A DNA stretch of 32,000 nucleotides, from NCBI RefSeq assembly GCF_001457595.1, contig NZ_LN831039.1:1800001-1832000 (forward strand). Direction: 5' to 3'. The notes beneath the pieces are model-generated. The model ran no database searches and was not told the DNA's origin. It saw only the letters and a list, made by a program, of their open reading frames with translations. A program made the translations under genes and the position numbers. Every line of letters starts with the position of its first letter. Position 1 is the stretch's first letter. Positions 8,558-15,318 of this stretch are shown here, piece after piece. This DNA is from Mycolicibacterium smegmatis (GTDB taxonomy: Bacteria; Actinomycetota; Actinomycetes; Mycobacteriales; Mycobacteriaceae).

Positions 8558-10336
8558 ATGGCCCGCGTGGGTCGCGAAGAGATAGCCGATCGGATACGTA
8601 CCGTGCTGCGGCCGGTGGCGACGGTTTCCGCCGGTGCCGCGCTGGTGTTGCTGGTGTGGGCGGCCCTGCTGGGTCTGTGGAGCCGGCTGGTCTCGCCGCG
8701 CAGCATGGCCGAGCAGGACTGGTACCCCACCGGGCTGCACCGCTGGGGCGAGTCGCTGCCCAACGGTCTGGCGATTGCGACGACGGGGGTGGCGCTTGTC
8801 CTGCTCGGCGCCATCGCCTACAGCATCCGTCGAGGTCGCACGGATGGTTACCGGCCCGCCGCACCCGCGGTGTGGGCGGCGGTTCTGGCGTTGCTGTTCT
8901 TCGCGTTCTTCACGCGCGGCATCCCCGAGTACTACAGCGTGGTGATGGGCAACTACCCGGTGACCACCGCGCTGCCGTTCGGCGTCACGGCGTGGTTCCT
9001 CAGCGTCGCGGGCGCGGTTGCCACGTTGCTGGGCGCGGGTGCGTTCTGGCGGTTGCGGCGCGAGCATGTGCGGCTGGTGGCCGTGGGTGCGGTGATCGCC
9101 GTCGTCGCGGCCGCGGGTGTGACCGTCGGCGCATTGCGATCCGGTGACGACGGGCGGTTCGTCGACGCAACCCGCGCGCCCGGTGCCCCGGGGGACAGCG
9201 CTCCCGCGTTTCCCGGCGAACTGGGAACACGCTCGTTCACCGTGAGCGTCCCCGACGCGTTCACCGACAACCCGGCGCAGCCGGTCTACTCCATCGCCCC
9301 GGGTGGTCAGGGGTTCGTGGTCTACCACGCCGGTCGCGTGACGGCCTACGGCGCCGACGGCGCCGAGCGCTGGCACTACAACCGCACCGGACCGGGCGGG
9401 GTCTCGGTCGCCGGCATGCGGGTGTTCGACGACGGCCAGACGGTGGTGATGTTCGTCGACGACGCGCTTGTGGCCCTCGACGCCACGACCGGTGAACAGT
9501 TGTGGTCGAGCATGGACCCCGGGCTGGTGTACGCGGTGTCGCAGCAGTCGGGCTTCAACCTGGACTCGCCGTTCGCGATCGTCCGCGAGGCCGCGGCGTG
9601 GACGCGCTACGACACGCGCACCGGCACGCGGATGTGGACCGTGCCGGTCCCCGACGAGCGGTGCGAGTACCCGCCGCGCGAGGCGGACACCCGCAACTGG
9701 GTGGTGACGGTGTCGCGCTGCCGGTCCGGGGAGGACGTGGGCATCCGCGTCTACGTGCTGGATCCCGAGACCGGCCAGATCCGCTCGGACCGCGAGATCA
9801 TGCGTGGCGGTGAGGATCTGATGGCCATCGCCACCCCGGCCAACGACGACGGAATCTTCATGCAGTTCGCGGGCGCCGGCGCTCCCGCATCGGCGTTGTC
9901 GGCCATGTCGTACGTCAACGTCGCCGACGACACCGTCACCGCGCTGCCCGAGGAGTTCGCGGGCGAACCGTCGTTCGGTCCGTCCGGGGACTTCCTGGCG
10001 ACCGGGCCGCGGGGGCGGGAGGTCACCCGCTTCGGCGTCGACGGCAGGCGACTCTGCACGGTCACCGACGACGTCCGCGGCGCCCGCACCGAGGTGCCCG
10101 GCGAGGGACGCGGGCTGGCCTATGCGTCGTTCGACTCCGGCTTCGTCATCGCCGACCGGCTGGGTGGCCTGCGCACCTTCGACGCGACGTGTGCGCAGAC
10201 GGGAGGGATCCCGGAGGCCGCTGCCGATATCGCGACCGATGTCGCGGTCAGCGGATTCCTGCCGGTTCCCGGTGCGGTGCTGGTGCTGCGGCGCGACGGT
10301 TCCGCGCTGCAGATCGACGGTTACACGGCAGGCTGA
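8558..10336 (+). CDS. Integral membrane protein (about 5 N-terminal TM helices) with a C-terminal PQQ/BamB-like beta-propeller repeat domain; function unknown
   Basis: Part of ORF 8459..10336; ATG at 8558, with GTG alternatives at 8552 and 8567. TM segments include AGAALVLLVWAALLGLW, GLAIATTGVALVLLGAIAY and VWAAVLALLFFAFF. The C-terminal half has repeated beta-propeller-type motifs (GRVTAYGADGAERWHY, ALVALDATTGEQLWSS, TRYDTRTGTRMWTV, VYVLDPETGQIRS). Confidence 0.7.
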   Translation: MARVGREEIADRIRTVLRPVATVSAGAALVLLVWAALLGLWSRLVSPRSMAEQDWYPTGLHRWGESLPNGLAIATTGVALVLLGAIAYSIRRGRTDGYRPAAPAVWAAVLALLFFAFFTRGIPEYYSVVMGNYPVTTALPFGVTAWFLSVAGAVATLLGAGAFWRLRREHVRLVAVGAVIAVVAAAGVTVGALRSGDDGRFVDATRAPGAPGDSAPAFPGELGTRSFTVSVPDAFTDNPAQPVYSIAPGGQGFVVYHAGRVTAYGADGAERWHYNRTGPGGVSVAGMRVFDDGQTVVMFVDDALVALDATTGEQLWSSMDPGLVYAVSQQSGFNLDSPFAIVREAAAWTRYDTRTGTRMWTVPVPDERCEYPPREADTRNWVVTVSRCRSGEDVGIRVYVLDPETGQIRSDREIMRGGEDLMAIATPANDDGIFMQFAGAGAPASALSAMSYVNVADDTVTALPEEFAGEPSFGPSGDFLATGPRGREVTRFGVDGRRLCTVTDDVRGARTEVPGEGRGLAYASFDSGFVIADRLGGLRTFDATCAQTGGIPEAAADIATDVAVSGFLPVPGAVLVLRRDGSALQIDGYTAG

Positions 10337-10340
10337 GCGC

Positions 10341-11246
10341 TCACGCGGCCGGCGTCGGGTCGGCCAGGGTGGGCACGGCCGCGGCGGGGTAGCGGTCGTC
10401 GAAATCCCAGACGTCCCAGGTCTGTACGCCCCAGAAGATGCCGAACAGCACGATGAGCACGATCTCGACCGTGAGCACTCCGTAGGGGACGTGGGCGAAC
10501 AGGAACACGACCGACAGCACCACGGTCGCCAGCATCAGCGCCGCGATCGTGGCGTAGAACCGCGCGCGGTGCGGGCGCACCGCGGCCCGCGCGTAGCACG
10601 CGTGGTACACGGCCACGAGCGTGATGGCCAGGAACATCGCCGACGCGGCGAATGCGTGCGCGCGCACCGCAAACCAGTCCCACAACATCAGGAACGCGCC
10701 GAGGAACGCGACCACCAACAGGCCCGCGGGAAGCCACTTCTCGATGCTCAGCAGCACGGTGGCGACGTGCTTCCACGGCGTGGCCGCCTCGGCGCAGGCA
10801 CGCGGGGACGCCGTCGGGTGCGGCTGTTCGCGGCGTCGGTGCTGCAGGCCCAGATACAACGCCGCGCCCGCGGCCGTCGCGACGAACAACGCCGTGATGT
10901 TGTTGGCCACCGCTCCGAACGGATCGGCCTCGGTGGGCAGCCACGGCCGGCACAGCCCTTCGGCGTCGGCCGGGATCAGCGCCACGACGAACGCCATGAA
11001 CCCGGAGAAGTTCAGCAGCGCGTCCTCGCCGATGCGGCTGCCCTTGTAGGCGATCAGGCACACGCCCATGGCCGCGAGCGCGGCCACGAACACTGTGTGC
11101 GTGCGCGTGTAGAAGAACGCGCTGATCGATCCCTGCGGGCAGCTCTGCCACCACGTGATGCCCAGCGACACGAGCAGGAACACCGCGAGCGCCACGAGGC
11201 TGACGCGAACGTAGCGGTAGGTGACCTCCGGATCGCTGGGCCGCAT
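10341..11246 (-). CDS. Polytopic integral membrane protein, function unknown (301 aa)
   Basis: Part of ORF 10341..11732. ATG at 11246 lies 5 nt downstream of the stop of the OYE gene. At least 7 hydrophobic helices (VSLVALAVFLLVSLGI, VFVAALAAMGVCLIAY, FSGFMAFVVALI, ...). Strong G/C third-position bias. Confidence 0.7.
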   Translation of the reverse strand: MRPSDPEVTYRYVRVSLVALAVFLLVSLGITWWQSCPQGSISAFFYTRTHTVFVAALAAMGVCLIAYKGSRIGEDALLNFSGFMAFVVALIPADAEGLCRPWLPTEADPFGAVANNITALFVATAAGAALYLGLQHRRREQPHPTASPRACAEAATPWKHVATVLLSIEKWLPAGLLVVAFLGAFLMLWDWFAVRAHAFAASAMFLAITLVAVYHACYARAAVRPHRARFYATIAALMLATVVLSVVFLFAHVPYGVLTVEIVLIVLFGIFWGVQTWDVWDFDDRYPAAAVPTLADPTPAA

Positions 11247-11251
11247 GGCCG

Positions 11252-12472
11252 TCAGCGTACGAGGGCGTCCGGTGCTCCGGTGAGAACGCAGTGGGTGTGG
11301 GTGTAGATCGTCGGCATGCACTTGTTGCAGTGCGTGCACAGCGATCTCACCGAGTGTGCGTCGCCGTCGGCCTTGATCCGGTTGATCAGATCCGGTTCGG
11401 CCAGCAGCGCGCGGCCCATCGCGACGAACTCGAACCCCTCGGCCATGGCCTGATCCATGGTGTCGCGGTTGGTGATGCCGCCGAGCAGGATCAGCGGCAG
11501 CTTCAGCTCGGCGCGGAACTGCTTGGCCTCCCGCAGCAGATACGCCTCGCGGTAGGGGTATTCGCGCAGAAAACCCTTGCCCACGGTCCGCATGCCCCAG
11601 CTGATCGGCGGCTTGAACGCCCCGGCGAACTCCTTGACCGGTGCGTCGCCACGGAACAGGTACATCGGGTTGACCAGCGAGCTGCCCGCGGTCAGCTCGA
11701 TCGCGTCGAGCCCGCCGTCCTCCTCGAGCCACTTGGCGGTCTGCAGCGACTCCTCCAGCGAGATGCCGCCGCGGATGCCGTCGCTCATGTTCAGCTTGGC
11801 CGTCACCGCGATCGTGCCGCCGGCCTTGTCGACCGCGTCGCGCACCGCGCGCACCACGCCGCGGGCCACCTTGGCGCGGTTCTCCAGCGAGCCGCCGAAC
11901 TCGTCGATGCGACGGTTGATCAGCGGGCTCAGGAACGAACTCGCGAGATAGTTGTGGCCCAGGTGGATCTCGACGGCGTCGAACCCGGAATCGATGGCCA
12001 GCCGCGCGGCGTTGGCGTGCGCTGCCGTCACCTCCCGGATGTCGTCGATCGTGGCTTTCTTGGCGAAGCGCATCGACAGCGGGTTGAAGAACCGCACCGG
12101 CGCCAGCGCCTTGGCCTTGTTGGTCCTGGCGTTCGCCACCGGCCCGGCATGCCCGATCTGCGCGCTGATCGCGGCACCTTCGGCGTGTACGGCCTCGGTG
12201 AGCTTCTGCAGGCCCGGCACGGCCTCCGGGCGCATCCAGATCTGCCAGCCGTCGGTGCGCCCGCCCGGTGCCACGGCGCAGTAGGCCACCGTGGTCATGC
12301 CGACGCCGCCTGCCGCGGGCAGCCGGTGGTAGTTGATCAGGTCCTCGGTGACCAGGGCGTCCGGTGTCGAGGCCTCGAACGTGGCGGCCTTGATGATCCG
12401 GTTCCGCAGGGTGATGGGCCCGAGCTTCGCCTCACTGAAAACATCAGTGAACACATTGGGCTGAGTGTTCAT
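11252..12472 (-). CDS. NADH:flavin oxidoreductase, Old Yellow Enzyme family (Rv3359-like)
   Basis: Part of ORF 11252..12544, with ATG at 12472 ([31 protein letters not shown]...). TIM-barrel OYE motifs are present: [38 protein letters not shown]. Confidence 0.85.
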   Translation of the reverse strand: MNTQPNVFTDVFSEAKLGPITLRNRIIKAATFEASTPDALVTEDLINYHRLPAAGGVGMTTVAYCAVAPGGRTDGWQIWMRPEAVPGLQKLTEAVHAEGAAISAQIGHAGPVANARTNKAKALAPVRFFNPLSMRFAKKATIDDIREVTAAHANAARLAIDSGFDAVEIHLGHNYLASSFLSPLINRRIDEFGGSLENRAKVARGVVRAVRDAVDKAGGTIAVTAKLNMSDGIRGGISLEESLQTAKWLEEDGGLDAIELTAGSSLVNPMYLFRGDAPVKEFAGAFKPPISWGMRTVGKGFLREYPYREAYLLREAKQFRAELKLPLILLGGITNRDTMDQAMAEGFEFVAMGRALLAEPDLINRIKADGDAHSVRSLCTHCNKCMPTIYTHTHCVLTGAPDALVR

Positions 12473-12543
12473 ACCGTGGAGCTTGCCACAGGTCCGGTTG
12501 CTGCGGACCGTCGCGGTGCTCGTCTTCGCGAGGTCCTGACACA

Positions 12544-13404
12544 ATGGCAGCCGTGGGTGCGATATCGCTGGACGGGAAGACCACGCGCGACGAGATCTTC
12601 GTCGACCTCAAGGAGCGGGTGGCGGCGCTGACCGCCGCGGGCCGCACACCGGGCCTCGGCACGGTCCTGGTCGGTGACGACCCCGGCTCACAGGCGTACG
12701 TGCGCGGCAAGCACGCCGACTGCGCCAAGGTGGGCATCAACTCGATCCGGCGCGACCTGCCCGCCGACATCACCACCGAACAGCTCAACGAGACCATCGA
12801 CGAGCTCAACGCCAACCCCGACTGCACGGGCTACATCGTGCAGCTGCCGCTGCCCAAGCATCTCGACGAGAACGCGGCGCTCGAGCGCATCGACCCGGCC
12901 AAGGACGCCGACGGTCTGCACCCCACCAACCTCGGGCGCCTCGTGCTGGGCAAGCAGGCCGCGTTGCCGTGCACGCCGCGGGGCATCGTGCACCTGCTGC
13001 GCCGCTTCGACGTGCCGATTGCAGGCGCCCACGTGGTGGTCATCGGTCGCGGCGTCACGGTCGGCAGGCCCATGGGCCTGCTGCTCACCAGGCGTTCGGA
13101 GAACGCGACGGTGACGTTGTGCCACACCGGGACCCGTGACCTGCCTGCGCTGACCCGGCAGGCCGACATCATCATCGCGGCTGTCGGTGTGCCGCACATG
13201 GTCACCGCGGACATGGTCAAGCCCGGCGCGGCCGTGGTCGATGTGGGCGTCAGCCGCGTCGACGGCAAGCTCACCGGTGACGTCGCCCCCGGCGTGTGGG
13301 AGGTGGCCGGTCACGTGTCGCCCAACCCCGGTGGCGTGGGCCCGTTGACCCGCGCCTTCCTGCTGACCAACGTCGTCGAAGCCGAAGAGTCGAAACTGGC
13401 GTGA
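12544..13404 (+). CDS. folD: Bifunctional 5,10-methylene-tetrahydrofolate dehydrogenase / methenyl-THF cyclohydrolase
   Basis: 286 aa, nearly collinear with M. tuberculosis FolD as remembered ([11 protein letters not shown]..., [61 protein letters not shown]). The start could be the GTG at 12553. Confidence 0.95.
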   Translation: MAAVGAISLDGKTTRDEIFVDLKERVAALTAAGRTPGLGTVLVGDDPGSQAYVRGKHADCAKVGINSIRRDLPADITTEQLNETIDELNANPDCTGYIVQLPLPKHLDENAALERIDPAKDADGLHPTNLGRLVLGKQAALPCTPRGIVHLLRRFDVPIAGAHVVVIGRGVTVGRPMGLLLTRRSENATVTLCHTGTRDLPALTRQADIIIAAVGVPHMVTADMVKPGAAVVDVGVSRVDGKLTGDVAPGVWEVAGHVSPNPGGVGPLTRAFLLTNVVEAEESKLA

Positions 13405-14471
13405 CGCCAAAGGAATTCGCCCGCAAGGTGTTCGCCGGTCAATGGCCGATCCTGGTGGTCGGCCTGATCTTCATCGCGGCGTTCGCCCTGGTGGTGGCGG
13501 GTTACTGGCGGCGCGGTGCGCTGGTCATCGGGATCGGCGTCGGCGTCGCGGCCGCGCTGCGGTTGGCGCTGACCGACGACCGGGCCGGTCTGCTTGTGGT
13601 GCGTAGCCGGGCGATCGACTTCGCCACCACGGCGACGGTGAGCGCGGCCGTGCTGTACATCGCGTGGACGATCGACCCGTTGGGCACCAGTTAGACGCGT
13701 CTGCTCGAACAGCGCCGCCCACTGCGCCGCGGACAACTGGCGGGGCAGGGAGTTCGGTGCTATCCCGTTGGCCCGCAACCAAGTGCGGGGCACCGGCGTG
13801 GGCAACCGTTGCAGGATCTGCGCCATGCCGTGTCCGCGTCCGGTGAACACGCGGTGCACCAGCGCCTGGTAACGCGCCCGGTCCGCGACGTCGACCAGCG
13901 GCCGGCTGCGGCGCGTGATGGTGAGCAGTCCGGCGTCGACCGCGGGCCGCGGCGTGAAGCTCGCCGCGGAAACCTTTCGGGCAAGGCCGAATTCGAACCA
14001 CGGCCACCACTGGGAGGTCATCATGGTGGCGCCGCCCACCGCGGCGCGTCGGCGGGCCACCTCCCACTGCATGAGCAGCACGGCCGTGGTCCAGCCCGGA
14101 CCGTGCAGCAGTCGCCGCAGGATCGCGGTGGTGAGGTGGAACGGCAGGTTGCCCACGACCACGTGGGGTGAGCGGGGCAGTGGGTAGCGCAGGAAGTCGG
14201 CGGCGACGACCTCGGTGGGCCGCGAGGCAGGCCCCGGGGCGGATCTCGCGGTGCGCTGCGCCAACCGCCGCGCGCGCCGCGCGTCGACCTCGACGGCGGT
14301 GAGCGGGCGGGCGAGTCGTTGCAAGGGTATGGTCAGCGCGCCGTCGCCCGCCCCGATCTCGATGATCGGACCGTTTGTGCGCGAGACGATTTCGACGATA
14401 TCGGCGATGACGCGCCGATCGGACAGGAAGTTCTGGCCGAGCTCGTGCCGGCCGTGATGTGGTGTGGACAC
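13311..14471 (-). CDS. erm(38): 23S rRNA (adenine-N6)-methyltransferase Erm(38), macrolide-lincosamide resistance; 386 aa including an about 126-aa non-homologous C-terminal extension
   Basis: Part of ORF 13311..14630. GTG at 14471, preceded by GGAGAA, gives exactly the 386 aa reported for Erm(38). Erm motifs present: [18 protein letters not shown] (SAM site), VVGNLPFH (catalytic N-x-P-aromatic), and a C-terminal [12 protein letters not shown] helix. Homology ends near 13692; the ORF stays open to 13311. Confidence 0.9.
   Translation of the reverse strand: MSTPHHGRHELGQNFLSDRRVIADIVEIVSRTNGPIIEIGAGDGALTIPLQRLARPLTAVEVDARRARRLAQRTARSAPGPASRPTEVVAADFLRYPLPRSPHVVVGNLPFHLTTAILRRLLHGPGWTTAVLLMQWEVARRRAAVGGATMMTSQWWPWFEFGLARKVSAASFTPRPAVDAGLLTITRRSRPLVDVADRARYQALVHRVFTGRGHGMAQILQRLPTPVPRTWLRANGIAPNSLPRQLSAAQWAALFEQTRLTGAQRVDRPRDVQHGRAHRRRGGEVDRPATHHKQTGPVVGQRQPQRGRDADADPDDQRTAPPVTRHHQGERRDEDQADHQDRPLTGEHLAGEFLWRHASFDSSASTTLVSRKARVNGPTPPGLGDT
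13401..13694 (+). CDS. Small membrane protein, DUF3017 family (Rv3355c-like), 97 aa
   Basis: The GTG overlaps the folD stop (GTGA at 13401-13404). Three hydrophobic helices ([55 protein letters not shown]). Very strong G/C third-position bias in this frame. Confidence 0.75.
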   Translation: MTPKEFARKVFAGQWPILVVGLIFIAAFALVVAGYWRRGALVIGIGVGVAAALRLALTDDRAGLLVVRSRAIDFATTATVSAAVLYIAWTIDPLGTS

Positions 14472-14600
14472 GGTTCTCCGCGATCGCAGGGGCAAGGGCT
14501 GCGGCGGCGGAAGTGTCTGACGCAGATCCGCCGCTAGGCGGTGCGGGGCCGGATGAAGGCCGCGACCGGGGCGGCCATCGAAGTGATCGACATGACGGCC

Positions 14601-14640
14601 AGGGTAGGGACGGCGCACAGCGAGGCTCAAGCGAATTTTT
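14601..14640 (-). promoter_or_regulatory. Candidate WhiB7-type promoter of erm(38): AT tract, -35 TTGAGC, -10 TACCCT
   Basis: Minus strand reads AAAAATT (14640-14634) - CGC - TTGAGC (14630-14625) - 18 nt - TACCCT (14606-14601) - 7 nt - ATG (14593). An AT-rich tract 3 nt upstream of the -35 is the architecture described for WhiB7-dependent promoters. Confidence 0.4.
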
Positions 14641-14664
14641 CAGGAAATTGCCTGCTGGGAAATA

Positions 14665-14693
14665 TTGCCCGATGGGCAACAATTCTTTACGGT
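14665..14693 (+). promoter_or_regulatory. Candidate tetR promoter with overlapping palindromic operator
   Basis: -35-like TTGCCC (14665-14670), 17-nt spacer, -10 TACGGT (14688-14693, fits TANNNT), then 7 nt to GTG at 14701. The perfect palindrome TTGCCC-GAT-GGGCAA (14665-14679) covers the -35 and spacer. A related half-site GAAATTGCC lies at 14644-14652. Confidence 0.4.
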
Positions 14694-14700
14694 GGGCGGT

Positions 14701-15318
14701 GTGGGGCTCCGTGAACGCAAGAAACTCGACACCCGCAGGGCGCTCAGCGACGCCGCGCTGCACCTGATGTTCAAGCGCGGGGGACTGGAGAACGTGACCC
14801 GCGAGGACATCGCGGCCATGGCAGGCGTGTCGGTGCGGACGTTCAACAACTACTTCACCGGCAAGTACGAGGCGCTGGCGTACCGGCAGACCGAACGCAT
14901 GCGGCGCAGCATCGAACTCCTGCGGGAACGTCCCGCCGACGAACCGCTGTGGACCGCGATCACCGAGGCCGTGATCGCGCCGCTGCAAGAGGATATGGAT
15001 GACGTGTACGGCCAGGAGAACGCACTGCCCACACGTCGGCAACTCGTCGAGGTCCGCAAGATCCTGACGATCCCGCAGATCCGCGACGTCACCTTCAGGG
15101 GAATGTTCGACGAGTGGGTCGCGGTGATCGCCGAACGCACCGGCACCGACCCCGGCGACCGCTACCCGCGTCTGGTGGCCGCGGTGGTGCGCGCCGTGGG
15201 CGACGTCGCCATGGACGAGTACGCAGGCGCTGACCCACCGGTGTCGTTTCCGTCGTTACTCCGTGAGGGTTTCGCGGCAGTCGCCGCGGGACTTCCCGAA
15301 CCGAAGGCACGAGTATGA
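14701..15318 (+). CDS. TetR/AcrR family transcriptional regulator
   Basis: In frame with ORF 14665..15318. I prefer GTG at 14701 (VGLRERKKLDTRRALSDAAL...) because the TTG at 14665 and GTG at 14692 fall inside the putative operator and -10. HTH is TREDIAAMAGVSVRTFNNYF. The stop overlaps the next gene's ATG (ATGA at 15315-15318). Confidence 0.8.
   Translation: MGLRERKKLDTRRALSDAALHLMFKRGGLENVTREDIAAMAGVSVRTFNNYFTGKYEALAYRQTERMRRSIELLRERPADEPLWTAITEAVIAPLQEDMDDVYGQENALPTRRQLVEVRKILTIPQIRDVTFRGMFDEWVAVIAERTGTDPGDRYPRLVAAVVRAVGDVAMDEYAGADPPVSFPSLLREGFAAVAAGLPEPKARV

Noticed and set aside
8478-8864. Upstream 129 codons of ORF 5778..8864 (FHA-ABC)
   Set aside because: The translation is Arg/Pro/Ala-rich noise that overlaps the divergent beta-propeller gene. 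The FHA1 domain begins right after the ATG at 8477.
10122-12631. Plus-strand ORFs 10122..11306 (394 aa) and 11291..12631 (446 aa)
   Set aside because: They are antisense to the membrane protein and OYE genes. The translations show His/Arg/Asp/Gly-rich composition and no motifs.
14472-14534. A clean ermC-style four-segment translational attenuator between the uORF and erm(38)
   Set aside because: I looked for mutually exclusive hairpins that would free the SD on ribosome stalling. The pairings visible by eye (GCGGCGGA:TCCGCCGC versus TCCGC:GCGGA) would, if anything, sequester the SD on stalling. The classical model is therefore not supported, and I leave the mechanism open in the finding.
13525-15042. 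Minus-strand 505-aa ORF spanning erm(38), the intergenic region and tetR
   Set aside because: It is a different frame from the Erm motifs. It crosses the AT-rich promoter region and runs antisense to the TetR HTH. The translation is Arg/Pro/Ala-rich without motifs.
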